Assembly (NCBI GenBank): GCA_964561165.1
Contig: CAZLOJ010000001.1
Location: 7,269-71,268, forward strand
From: an uncultured Bifidobacterium sp.
GTDB taxonomy: Bacteria; Actinomycetota; Actinomycetes; Nanopelagicales; Nanopelagicaceae
Direction of reading: 5' to 3'
DNA length: 64,000 nt
Shown one piece after another: positions 8,820 through 17,655 of this stretch. The position numbers were made by a program, and so were the translations under genes. A model generated the notes under the pieces. The model ran no database searches and had not been told where the DNA came from. It saw only the letters and a program-made list of their open reading frames with translations. Numbering within the stretch: position 1 is the first letter of the stretch; each line of letters starts with the position of its first letter.

Positions 8820-9578
8820 ATGAGTTCAGCAGAGCGCGATCGAATTCAGGTCTTACAGAAGACTATGGACATTCTTACTGTGCTCGTTGAAGGCCCCGCA
8901 TCCGTCCGTGATCTAGCAGAACGTACCGGAGTTACTAAGCCCGCGGTCTATCGAATCTTGCACACTTTGGAAGAGCGCAACTTTGTCACTCGCGATGAGA
9001 ATAAACGGGAATACACGCTCGGCGAGTTTCTCACCGGGCTCTCGCACAAACATAATCAATCGGTAAATCTTCCACGACTTGTTACTCCATATATGGATGC
9101 ACTGCTCAAAAAATTCGATGAGACGGTGAATCTGGGGATTCTCGATGGGAACAAGATCAAATATCTACACTCACTAGAGAGTAGTCAACGTCTTCGATCG
9201 GGCAATCCCCGAGAAGAGAAAGACAACGTCCACTCGACTGCACTTGGTAAAGCAATTCTTAGCACTTTTAGCGAAATTGAATTAGAGAAAGCTTTGCGAA
9301 AACTAGATTTGAAGTCGCAGACAGATAAGACAATCACCACCGAAAAAGATTTGGTCTCAGCTATCTCTCGTGCAAAGAAAATTGGTTTTGCCATTGATGA
9401 TCAAGAGAATGAGCTGGGATCTCGATGTGTAGCAGTCGCAATCCGAGATAAGAGTGGCAAGGCGCTCTGTGCACTAAGTATCACGGGCCCTGCATCTCGT
9501 ATGTCCACCGAAAAAATCAGAACTATCGGAGATAGCCTCAAAGTAGTCGCAAAACAATTAACCAGTAAACTTCAGTAA
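8820..9578 (+). CDS. IclR-family transcriptional regulator
   Basis: N-terminal wHTH (VLQKTMDILTVL...VRDLAERTGVTKPAVYRILHTLEE) plus a C-terminal IclR effector domain. ATG 8820 is preceded by AGGGGAG. Divergent from the SDR gene. Confidence 0.85.
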   Translation: MSSAERDRIQVLQKTMDILTVLVEGPASVRDLAERTGVTKPAVYRILHTLEERNFVTRDENKREYTLGEFLTGLSHKHNQSVNLPRLVTPYMDALLKKFDETVNLGILDGNKIKYLHSLESSQRLRSGNPREEKDNVHSTALGKAILSTFSEIELEKALRKLDLKSQTDKTITTEKDLVSAISRAKKIGFAIDDQENELGSRCVAVAIRDKSGKALCALSITGPASRMSTEKIRTIGDSLKVVAKQLTSKLQ

Positions 9579-9588
9579 GAGGCCGTTC

Positions 9589-10434
9589 TCACTCAGGCAA
9601 GTTAAGCAACTCTTCAATGATCTGAGCTACACCATCATCATTACACTCTGGCGCAATTCCAGTAGCAATTGCGTGCGTTGCCGGGTGGCCAGTCTTCATG
9701 GCATACGAGCGGCCAGCCCATGCCAACATCGAGAGATCATTTGGGTTATCGCCAAAAGTCACTGCATCTTCTTTTGCTACACCCAGTTGTTCTGCAATTT
9801 TGCCTAACGTGCTCCCTTTACTCACCCCGTGAGCTGAGATCTCCAGTAATGATTCATGAGGATTGGAGTGGGTAACCGTTAAAAACTCCCCCACACTTGC
9901 ATCTGCCAGTGCGAGCATCTCATCAGCTGAAACTTCTTCACTTTGACTACGTACAAGAAACTTGATTGCCGGCTGACTCAAGTGCTCTTCGATGAGTGAA
10001 ACGCCGACATCATCTTGCCCCTTATCCCAGCGCGGGTTGTAACCCCGCTCGCGATGAAATCCATGAAAATTCTCGACTGCGAACGCGGCGTCAGGTATCA
10101 CTTTCCGAAGCGCTGCTGCTCCCTTGATTAACTCTTCTGGATTGATCAGCCACGAATCGAGAATCTTCTCTTCACGAAAGTCATAGAGCAAAGCTCCGTT
10201 GCCACAGATTCCCGTGCCAAAATCGAATGCTTCGCGAACTTCCTTCATCCAACGAGGTGGGCGCCCGGTGACGAAGTAAATATGCACACCTAACGAATGC
10301 GCCTGTGAAAAAGCATCGATGGTACGCCGAGAGATTGGCCTATCGAATGGAACGATTGTTCCATCGAGATCAGTTCCGATTAACTTAGGGCGTCTCACTC
10401 CAGGATCACACGGGCTCAAAGCGAGATTTACCAA
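9589..10434 (-). CDS. HAD-superfamily hydrolase, Cof-type (HAD-IIB) phosphatase
   Basis: Motifs GTDLDGT, FVTGRP and [10 protein letters not shown]. The start is ambiguous: TTG 10434 overlaps the serS end by 29 nt, and GTG 10398 is the alternative. Confidence 0.8.
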   Translation of the reverse strand: MVNLALSPCDPGVRRPKLIGTDLDGTIVPFDRPISRRTIDAFSQAHSLGVHIYFVTGRPPRWMKEVREAFDFGTGICGNGALLYDFREEKILDSWLINPEELIKGAAALRKVIPDAAFAVENFHGFHRERGYNPRWDKGQDDVGVSLIEEHLSQPAIKFLVRSQSEEVSADEMLALADASVGEFLTVTHSNPHESLLEISAHGVSKGSTLGKIAEQLGVAKEDAVTFGDNPNDLSMLAWAGRSYAMKTGHPATHAIATGIAPECNDDGVAQIIEELLNLPE

Positions 10435-11665
10435 GGAAAGGCACGAGCGCCTTGGGGATGTTTACCGAACCATCAGCTTGTTGATGGTTTTCCAAAATAG
10501 CAACAATGATTCGTGGGATAGCGCACAAGGTGCCATTGAGCGTTGCGACTGGGCGCGTTCCGCTCTCATCTTTATATCGAATATTTAGACGCCTGCTCTG
10601 GAACTCGGTGCAATTCGAGGTACTGGTGACTTCTCGATATGCATTCTGAGTTGGAATCCATGCTTCGCAGTCGAATTTACGAACCGCGCTTGAACCGAGA
10701 TCTCCGGTAGCAACGTCAATAACTCGGTACGGTATTTCGAGCGCATCTAAGAAATCCTTCTCCCAACCAAGTAACCGTTCATGTTCGGCGGCAGCATCTT
10801 CCGGTGCACAGAACGAGAACATCTCGACTTTATCGAATTGGTGGACTCGAATAATTCCCCGAGTGTCCTTGCCATACGTGCCAGCTTCTCGTCTGAAACA
10901 AGAAGAGAATCCGGCATACCGGAGTGGGAACTTTGTACTATCAAGAATCTCATCCATGTGATACGCCGCAAGTGGTACTTCACTCGTTCCAACAAGATAG
11001 AAATCATCTTCTTCGAGATGGAAAACATTCTCTGCTGCTTGCCCCAAAAATCCAGTGCCCTCCATAGCATGCGGTTTCACTAATACCGGAGGCACCACCG
11101 GAATAAAACCTGCAGCAACTGCCTTTGCCATTGCTAAATTAATAAGTGCGAATTCAAGGAGCGCTCCATTACCGGTGAGGTAGTAGAACCGCGAGCCGGA
11201 AACTTTTGCACCACGTTCGGTATCAATAGCACCAAGAATCTTCCCCAACTCCACATGATCGCGTGGTTCAAAAGCGAAAGTAGTTGGTTTGCCAATCTCT
11301 TCTAGAACGACAAAATCTGCTTCGCCACCGATTGGAGCACGTGTATCAGCGATATTCGCTAGCTCAGCTAGAACCTGGTCGGCTTCGGCTTCGGCTTGGG
11401 CGCGGAGCGCATCTGCATCTTTGACAGCAGCAGCGAGTTCCTTTGCCTTCGCCAGTAGCTGGTTCTTCTCATCACCCTTTGCGCCACCTATGCTTTTGGA
11501 GAGCGCATTCTGCTCCGCACGAACTCGCTCAAACTCAACAATTGCACTTCGACGTTTCTGATCGGCGGCAATGGCGACATCGACAATCTCAACGCTTCCA
11601 CCACGTGCTCGCTGCGATTGTCGAACCACTTCTGGATTATCGCGAAGAAGTTTTAGATCAATCAT
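10406..11665 (-). CDS. serS: Seryl-tRNA synthetase
   Basis: 419 aa with an N-terminal coiled coil and class II motifs FRREAG and GTSEVP. The ATG directly follows the pheA TAA. Confidence 0.95.
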   Translation of the reverse strand: MIDLKLLRDNPEVVRQSQRARGGSVEIVDVAIAADQKRRSAIVEFERVRAEQNALSKSIGGAKGDEKNQLLAKAKELAAAVKDADALRAQAEAEADQVLAELANIADTRAPIGGEADFVVLEEIGKPTTFAFEPRDHVELGKILGAIDTERGAKVSGSRFYYLTGNGALLEFALINLAMAKAVAAGFIPVVPPVLVKPHAMEGTGFLGQAAENVFHLEEDDFYLVGTSEVPLAAYHMDEILDSTKFPLRYAGFSSCFRREAGTYGKDTRGIIRVHQFDKVEMFSFCAPEDAAAEHERLLGWEKDFLDALEIPYRVIDVATGDLGSSAVRKFDCEAWIPTQNAYREVTSTSNCTEFQSRRLNIRYKDESGTRPVATLNGTLCAIPRIIVAILENHQQADGSVNIPKALVPFLGKSRFEPV

Positions 11666-12586
11666 TTAAGCACGCGCTCCTTTGCGCACTTCTTCCAGCC
11701 ATTTCTCGGCAGACTTGAAAGCATCATCAGTCATACCTTTTGTTGAAGTAGGTTGAATTTTATCTGCACGTGGATATGAACCAAGGAATCGCACTTGCGC
11801 ACAGATGCGATAGAGCGCTTTAAGCGCATCACCAACTCGTTCATCAAGGATATGACCCTCTGCATCAACGATGAAGTGATACTGCCCCAGTTCACTTCCG
11901 GTAGGGCGCGATTGTATGAACGTTAAATTGACGCCACGCACTGCAAACTCAGTCAAGATTTCCAGGAGCGCACCTGAGTGATCAGCAGAAATGAAGAGCG
12001 CTAACGAAGTGCGGTCATGGCCAGTTGGCGCAGGAATCATTCCAAGTTTAGAGACGACAACAAATCGAGTTACCGCTGCATCGCGATCGCCGATGTTCTG
12101 TGCAATGACTTCCAAGTCATAGTGTTGTGCCGCAATTTCAGCAGCGATTGCCGCATCGGCATCACCTTTTGCCACGCTCTCTGCACCAGCGGCTGTGGAA
12201 TTTGTCATCACCACTTCAGCTCGGGGCAAATTCTTTGCAATGTATTCCCGACATTGCGCTTCAGCATGTGGATGTGTGGCTACCCGACGGATCTCTTTGA
12301 TTGAGATCCCTGGTTTTACCATCAGCGCAAACGAGACTTGTAAAACGTTCTCCCCGATAATCATCAATGGTTCGCCAACCGCTAACTCATCGAGGGTGCG
12401 AGCAACTACCCCTTCTACCGAATTCTCAATCGGTACCAAGGCGAAGTCTGCGCTCCCCTGGCGTACCGCTTCGAGCGCTGCGGTCACATTGGCTGCTGGT
12501 TGCGCGCTATCGCCACTCTTTAATAAGGGCGTTAGCGCTGCCTCAGTAAAGGTGCCGGCGGGGCCGAGATAGGAATAGCGGGACAT
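11666..12586 (-). CDS. pheA: Prephenate dehydratase
   Basis: Motifs YLGPAGTFTE, TRFVVV and the ACT-domain region IQSRPT. The probable start is ATG 12586 (MSRYSYLGP). The track start is 12616. Confidence 0.9.
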   Translation of the reverse strand: MSRYSYLGPAGTFTEAALTPLLKSGDSAQPAANVTAALEAVRQGSADFALVPIENSVEGVVARTLDELAVGEPLMIIGENVLQVSFALMVKPGISIKEIRRVATHPHAEAQCREYIAKNLPRAEVVMTNSTAAGAESVAKGDADAAIAAEIAAQHYDLEVIAQNIGDRDAAVTRFVVVSKLGMIPAPTGHDRTSLALFISADHSGALLEILTEFAVRGVNLTFIQSRPTGSELGQYHFIVDAEGHILDERVGDALKALYRICAQVRFLGSYPRADKIQPTSTKGMTDDAFKSAEKWLEEVRKGARA

Positions 12587-12690
12587 ATAGAAAACTCTAC
12601 GCGATATCGAGCGCATCAGGGGGGACTTGAGGCCCCGGGTAGCATTGCTAACTCAATGATTCATTAAGTAGTAGCGAAGGAAAGTGATTT

Positions 12691-13467
12691 GTGAGCCGGT
12701 ATTTTCAGAGCGTTTCGCTCTCGGATGTTGGCTTACATCGCACCGAGAATGAAGATTCGGCGTGGGCGGGCGCAACAATTCTTGCCGTCGCCGATGGCTT
12801 AGGCGGTCATGCTGCCGGTGAGATTGCATCATCGTTAGCTATTCGCACTATCTCAGAGCTCGAGAAAAGTTCATTAACGGAACGAAATGCAGAGACAGTT
12901 GTTGTAGAGACTTTCCTCACCATCAATCAATCACTAGCGCAGAGAATTAAGAAGAAGAACGAGCTGCGCGGAATGGGCACAACGCTTACTGCGTTATTTC
13001 TCGGTAAAGAGAAACTCTTCTTGGCGCATCTGGGGGATTCGCGTGCTTATTTGTTACGCGATGGCAAAATCTCGCAATTGACTAAAGATCACACTGTTGT
13101 TCAGGAGCTTCTTGATCAGGGGCGAATCTCTCCCGATGAAGTCGATGGCCATCCGCAACGATCATTCATCACAAAAGCGCTGATGGGCGCCGATCAACAC
13201 GAACGACCAGATTTCCATGAGATAGAGCATGTCGCTGGAGATATCTTTCTGCTCTGCTCAGATGGTCTGGTCGGTGTAGTGGAAGAGAAGAAAATCATCA
13301 AAAGTATCGCTACTCATGGCGTAACTGAGCAGACGCTCAACGAACTCAAAGATTTAGCATATATAAAAGGTGCGCCAGATAACTTAACCATTATTGTTGC
13401 CACGTTAAGTTCGAAAAAAGTTCCAACTCCAGGTTTTGTTGGCGCAGTCGAAAGTGGTGAGAAATGA
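12691..13467 (+). CDS. pstP: PP2C-family Ser/Thr phosphatase (soluble, no TM segment)
   Basis: Motifs DGLGGHAAGEIAS and CSDGL. GTG start. ATGA overlap with the kinase gene. Confidence 0.85.
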   Translation: MSRYFQSVSLSDVGLHRTENEDSAWAGATILAVADGLGGHAAGEIASSLAIRTISELEKSSLTERNAETVVVETFLTINQSLAQRIKKKNELRGMGTTLTALFLGKEKLFLAHLGDSRAYLLRDGKISQLTKDHTVVQELLDQGRISPDEVDGHPQRSFITKALMGADQHERPDFHEIEHVAGDIFLLCSDGLVGVVEEKKIIKSIATHGVTEQTLNELKDLAYIKGAPDNLTIIVATLSSKKVPTPGFVGAVESGEK

Positions 13468-15062
13468 CCCGCATGCTTGCAAATCGTTATGAGGTGGGAG
13501 ATCTCATCGGTGCCGGAGGTATGGCAGATGTTTTTCAAGGGCGCGACACAAGACTCTCGCGGCCGGTTGCTATCAAGATACTTCGAAGTGACTTAGCGCG
13601 TGACCCCGCTTTCTTGGCGCGATTTAGACGCGAGGCACAAGCAGCGGCTGGCTTAAATCATCCAGCAATTGTCTCGGTTTATGACACAGGCGAAGAAGGA
13701 ACCGATCAGGGCGTCCTGCCATACATCGTCATGGAACAAGTAAATGGTAAGACTATTCGAGAAGTCATTCGAAGCGGCGAGCGCTTGCCAATTACCCGCG
13801 CTATCGCCGTTGTTCGCGGCATTTTAGAGGCGCTCGAATATTCCCATCGAAATGGGATTGTTCATCGCGATATCAAACCCGCAAACGTGATGATCACCAA
13901 TGGTGGCGATGTAAAGGTTATGGATTTTGGTATTGCACGAGCGCTAGATGATGCGAGCGCGACTGTTACTCATGCGTGGACTGTTGTTGGAACCGCAAAT
14001 TACCTTTCCCCAGAGCAGGCTCGCGGCGAAGTTGCCGATTCACGGAGCGACATTTATTCCGTTGGCTGCTTGCTCTATGAATTGATCACGGGTCGACCGC
14101 CATTCCTTGGTGACACACCCGTCGCTATTGCTTATCAACATGTATCAGCTGAATTCATTCCAGTTTCGCAGATGAACCCAGATTTGCCGACTGGAATCGA
14201 CAACATAATCTCTGGTGCACTATCCAAAGATCCACTCGCGCGCTACCAAAATGCCCGCGAAATGCTCGACGATATAAACCGACTTGATCGTGGCGAAGAG
14301 GTTCAGAAGAAGATCAGAAATCCCAAACGTAGAAATCTAGTCATTGCTGGCGTGGTGGCTGCGATTGTCGTTCTCGCTTCAAGTGGGTATCTGATCTCGC
14401 GAATCCCGACACCCGTTTCGCTCATCACACTCTCTGATGTCTCTGGATTAACTGAATCGCAAGCGAAAGCAGAACTCACTGGCTTTACTATTGTTGTAGA
14501 ACGCGCCCCAGATCCGCGAGTTCCAATAGATCGAGTCGCATCACAAACTCCAACTGCCGGTACCAAAGTAGAGCCAGGTAGTCAGGTTCAAATCATTCTT
14601 TCAGATGGGCCAGGAAAGACGTCAATTCCTACCACGCTTATTGGAACCACAATTGATCAGGCGAAGATCATTCTTGATGGTTCAGGCTTAGTGTTAGCAA
14701 AGACCAATCCTGTCGAATCAAGTGAGGCGCCAGGAACAATTGTTGGTGTAATCCCAGAGCCAGGTTCCACTGTCGCTGCTGGAAGTGGCGTCGTACTTAA
14801 TATCGCAAGTGGAAAAGTATTCGTTCCTGATGTTATTGGCGCCTCTAAAATCCAGGCGACAACTATTTTGATTCAAGCTGGGTTCATTCCTAATGTCATT
14901 GAAACCCAAGATGCAGATCAACCAAGTGGAGTAGTGCTCGCGCAAGCTCCAGCCAGTGAAGAATCCGCAAAAATCGGATCCTCTGTGACAATCACTGTAA
15001 ACACCTATAAGGCTGAACCTGGTGCTGGAGTTGCGCCAAGTCCAAGTCCTGGCGCAAGTTAA
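13464..15062 (+). CDS. pknB: Ser/Thr protein kinase with one TM segment and extracellular PASTA repeats
   Basis: Motifs GAGGMADV, HRDIKPANV, DFGIA and SPEQ. The TM segment is LVIAGVVAAIVVLASSGYLI, followed by about three PASTA-like repeats. Confidence 0.9.
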   Translation: MTRMLANRYEVGDLIGAGGMADVFQGRDTRLSRPVAIKILRSDLARDPAFLARFRREAQAAAGLNHPAIVSVYDTGEEGTDQGVLPYIVMEQVNGKTIREVIRSGERLPITRAIAVVRGILEALEYSHRNGIVHRDIKPANVMITNGGDVKVMDFGIARALDDASATVTHAWTVVGTANYLSPEQARGEVADSRSDIYSVGCLLYELITGRPPFLGDTPVAIAYQHVSAEFIPVSQMNPDLPTGIDNIISGALSKDPLARYQNAREMLDDINRLDRGEEVQKKIRNPKRRNLVIAGVVAAIVVLASSGYLISRIPTPVSLITLSDVSGLTESQAKAELTGFTIVVERAPDPRVPIDRVASQTPTAGTKVEPGSQVQIILSDGPGKTSIPTTLIGTTIDQAKIILDGSGLVLAKTNPVESSEAPGTIVGVIPEPGSTVAAGSGVVLNIASGKVFVPDVIGASKIQATTILIQAGFIPNVIETQDADQPSGVVLAQAPASEESAKIGSSVTITVNTYKAEPGAGVAPSPSPGAS

Positions 15063-15064
15063 AA

Positions 15065-15700
15065 CTATCTTCCGATTACAGGCGCAAGTCCTTGTGATTT
15101 AGCAAGTGCGCTCTTGTCACCACACACTGTTAGCCAATTAGCAAGGAGCTGGTGACCACCTTCAGTCAGTACCGACTCTGGATGGAATTGCACACCATGT
15201 ATTGGCAAGGATTTATGACATACCGCCATTACAACGCCAGAATCTGTCCAACCTGTTATCTCTAGCTCTGAATCTTCTGCTGAAATCGAATCACGCTCGA
15301 TAGCCAGAGAGTGATATCGCGTTGCTGTAAAACCATCTCGTAGCCCGTGTAATACACCTTTATCGTTGTGATGCACCTGCGATGTTTTGCCATGTAGTAG
15401 CTCTGGTGCGCGCGAAACTATTCCACCAAATGCAACACCGATTGCTTGATGGCCTAAGCACACACCAAGAAGTGGGATGGCGTTTGCTGCGCAGAACTTC
15501 ACTAATTCGATGCTTACGCCCGCTGCTTCTGGAATTCCTGGACCAGGTGAGATCAATACCCCGTCATAATTACGCGCATCAGGCACGCTCACTTCATCAT
15601 TACGTAAGACTGTGCACTCGGCGCCCAATTGCGCTAAGTACTGCACAAGATTGAAGACAAAGGAATCGTAGTTATCGACTACGAGAATCTTGGTCGCCAT
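15065..15700 (-). CDS. trpG: Glutamine amidotransferase component II (anthranilate / aminodeoxychorismate synthase)
   Basis: Motifs GVCLGHQ and HPES. The probable start is ATG 15700 (MATKILVVDNYDSF). Confidence 0.88.
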   Translation of the reverse strand: MATKILVVDNYDSFVFNLVQYLAQLGAECTVLRNDEVSVPDARNYDGVLISPGPGIPEAAGVSIELVKFCAANAIPLLGVCLGHQAIGVAFGGIVSRAPELLHGKTSQVHHNDKGVLHGLRDGFTATRYHSLAIERDSISAEDSELEITGWTDSGVVMAVCHKSLPIHGVQFHPESVLTEGGHQLLANWLTVCGDKSALAKSQGLAPVIGR

Positions 15701-15736
15701 GTGCCTATCCTGCCCGAGTGGGGTAGACTTCCTCAC

Positions 15737-15994
15737 ATGCCAAAGTCACGGATTCGCAAAAGAGAGAAGCAGTACGTTCCCGATAAGGTGGCAAACGCGC
15801 TTCCGGAACCGAAAGAGAGCCCAAAGTGGCTTGTCCCTGCGATGTTGACCGGATTTCTCCTTGGCTTGGCCTGGATCGTTGCCTATTACATCTCCCAGAC
15901 CCGCTACCCCATCCCTAACATCGGGGCCTGGAACATGGGTATCGGCTTTGGTCTAGTAGGAATCGGCTTCGCCCTCGCTACTCGTTGGCGCTAA
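15737..15994 (+). CDS. crgA: Cell-division membrane protein CrgA
   Basis: 85 aa, MPKSRIRKREK... with two TM segments and C-terminal ATRWR. It occupies the conserved position between trpG and ppiA. ATG is at 15737. Confidence 0.8.
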   Translation: MPKSRIRKREKQYVPDKVANALPEPKESPKWLVPAMLTGFLLGLAWIVAYYISQTRYPIPNIGAWNMGIGFGLVGIGFALATRWR

Positions 15995-16015
15995 CCTCTA
16001 ATTACACGTATGTAA

Positions 16016-16047
16016 TTATCCACTCTGTGGGTATCTCCTGTGGATAA
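16016..16047. promoter_or_regulatory. Cluster of three DnaA-box-like 9-mers outside oriC
   Basis: TTATCCACT at 16016-16024, TGTGGGTAT at 16026-16034, and perfect TGTGGATAA at 16039-16047. They sit in the 70-bp convergent crgA/ppiA spacer. Confidence 0.4.
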
Positions 16048-16064
16048 CTATCTCCAGCAGGATG

Positions 16065-16577
16065 TTAGGAGATGGTCACGGAGTTAATGGTGACCGGATT
16101 CTTCGGACGATCCTGAGCGCCAGTCTCAACCTCGCCAATCGCATCCACAACCGCCTGGCTCGCGGCATCTGTAACCTCGCCAAAGATTGAGTGCTTGCGG
16201 TTGAGCCATGTGGTGGGCGCAACGGTAATAAAGAATTGTGAGCCATTAGTGCCCGGTCCGGCATTTGCCATGGCAAGCAGATACGGGCGATCGAAGACTA
16301 GCTCTGGGTGAAACTCATCAGCGAACTTATATCCCGGTCCTCCAGTGCCATTACCAGCTGGATCGCCACCTTGAATCATAAATCCAGAAATAACGCGGTG
16401 AAATATCGTGCCGTCATAGAGATTATCTTTGCTTGTCTTACCACTCTTTGGATGAGTCCACTCACGTTGTCCGCTCGCTAACTCCACGAAATTGGCCACA
16501 GTCTTTGGCGCGTGATGCGGAAATAGATCGATGACGATGTCACCCATATTGGTGTGCAGCGTTGCTTTTTCGGCCAT
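16065..16577 (-). CDS. ppiA: Peptidyl-prolyl cis-trans isomerase (cyclophilin type)
   Basis: Motif [15 protein letters not shown]. The probable start is ATG 16577 ([15 protein letters not shown]). Confidence 0.9.
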   Translation of the reverse strand: MAEKATLHTNMGDIVIDLFPHHAPKTVANFVELASGQREWTHPKSGKTSKDNLYDGTIFHRVISGFMIQGGDPAGNGTGGPGYKFADEFHPELVFDRPYLLAMANAGPGTNGSQFFITVAPTTWLNRKHSIFGEVTDAASQAVVDAIGEVETGAQDRPKNPVTINSVTIS

Positions 16578-16724
16578 ATGAACTCTCCTCAAATACTCAG
16601 TTGGTAAAGAGTAACGTGAGATTCTCGAACTCACAATCTGCAAACAAGACGCCTTCAAGAGTTCAGCTTGACTCTGCCTAGCAGTAAAATTCCATGTCCG
16701 TGAAATAAAAGAGGAAGCGATTCA

Positions 16725-17222
16725 ATGACCGAACGCTGGCGTTATGACGTCGTGAAGAAAATCGGCAACATTGAAATCCGTAAATTCCATCCAAGCGTCT
16801 TCGCAGATGTCACGGTGCACTCCCCATTTAACATAGCTGGTAATCTTGGATTCCGACCATTGGTCACGTACATCTCGCAAAACCAGATCGAAATGACTGC
16901 ACCAGTTCTGCAAGAACAAGTGGGTGAACATTCATGGGTTGTCTCTTTTGTGATGCCAGAAGGAACCCAAATCTCTGATTTACCGTTACCAAAAAATTCT
17001 GAAGTAAAACTTCGACATGTTCCCGAACATTTGGCGGCGGCGCTATCGTTTGGCGGATTTAGCTCATGGAAAACAATTGCAACAAAAGAGAAAGAGCTAC
17101 GTGAAAGTTTAGATCGCGCAGGTATTGCAGCTGTGGGTTCTATTCGTATCGCGAGATTTGATCCACCGTGGAAGCCCGGCTTCCTACGACATAATGAAGT
17201 AGTAATTCCTTGTGGAGACTAG
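16725..17222 (+). CDS. SOUL/HBP heme-binding-family protein
   Basis: 165 aa with the overall pattern of the SOUL family (YEIRKF-like NIEIRKF, MTAPV, RIARFDPPW). No signal peptide. Confidence 0.65.
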   Translation: MTERWRYDVVKKIGNIEIRKFHPSVFADVTVHSPFNIAGNLGFRPLVTYISQNQIEMTAPVLQEQVGEHSWVVSFVMPEGTQISDLPLPKNSEVKLRHVPEHLAAALSFGGFSSWKTIATKEKELRESLDRAGIAAVGSIRIARFDPPWKPGFLRHNEVVIPCGD

Positions 17223-17285
17223 GGGAATCGAACCCCTAACCCCCTGCTTGCAAAGCAGGTGCTCTACCAATTGAGCTAAGTCCCC
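17213..17285 (-). tRNA. tRNA-Ala (anticodon TGC)
   Basis: The reverse complement is GGGGACTTAGCTCAATTGGTAGAGCACCTGCTTTGCAAGCAGGGGGTTAGGGGTTCGATTCCCCTAGTCTCCA. It has the G3:U70 pair and no encoded CCA. Confidence 0.9.
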
Positions 17286-17286
17286 G

Positions 17287-17313
17287 TATTCAGGTTATTC
17301 AGGTTATTCAGGT
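17287..17313. repeat. Perfect 3 x 9-bp tandem repeat (TATTCAGGT) immediately upstream of tRNA-Ala
   Basis: Read directly: tattcaggt tattcaggt tattcaggt, then a degenerate copy tattcggtg at 17321-17329. Confidence 0.7.
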
Positions 17314-17329
17314 ATGAAATTATTCGGTG

Positions 17330-17476
17330 TTATAACTCCTCTGAATCTTCCAAAGAATCTTCAGCGCTAGTCATATCCAACCAGTTTTCTTCTTCATTTT
17401 GTACTTGCTTGAAACGTTTGAAGAGTGCATACCCTCCAGCGCCAACAGCAAATAGTGCCAGAAGTTTCTTGAACAT
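17330..17476 (-). CDS. 48-aa single-TM acidic-tail peptide (resembles the short 'DLW-39'-type proteins found near gyrA in Actinobacteria; from memory, unverified)
   Basis: Own translation: MFKKLLALFAVGAGGYALFKRFKQVQNEEENWLDMTSAEDSLEDSEEL*. GGTGG lies upstream of the ATG. It is below the ORF-track size cutoff. Confidence 0.5.
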   Translation of the reverse strand: MFKKLLALFAVGAGGYALFKRFKQVQNEEENWLDMTSAEDSLEDSEEL

Positions 17477-17511
17477 CTGACCACCACCTGCCTTTCTTGC
17501 TCACTACTGCG

Positions 17512-17586
17512 TGGGCCTAGGTGGACTTGAACCACCGACCTCTTCCTTATCAGGGAAGCGCTCTAACCAGGCTGAGCTATAGGCCC
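17512..17586 (-). tRNA. tRNA-Ile (anticodon GAT)
   Basis: The reverse complement is GGGCCTATAGCTCAGCCTGGTTAGAGCGCTTCCCTGATAAGGAAGAGGTCGGTGGTTCAAGTCCACCTAGGCCCA, a canonical cloverleaf. Confidence 0.9.
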
Positions 17587-17655
17587 ATTTTCAGTAGAAC
17601 CGGAAGGGTACCCCAAGGTTTTAGCCCGAGGCTAATCCGCTCTCAACTGCTTGCT

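Noticed and set aside
17287-17329. Possible CRISPR or minisatellite
   Set aside because: There are only three 9-bp units with no spacers, which is far too short for CRISPR. No cas genes occur anywhere in the window. It is reported only as a tandem repeat.
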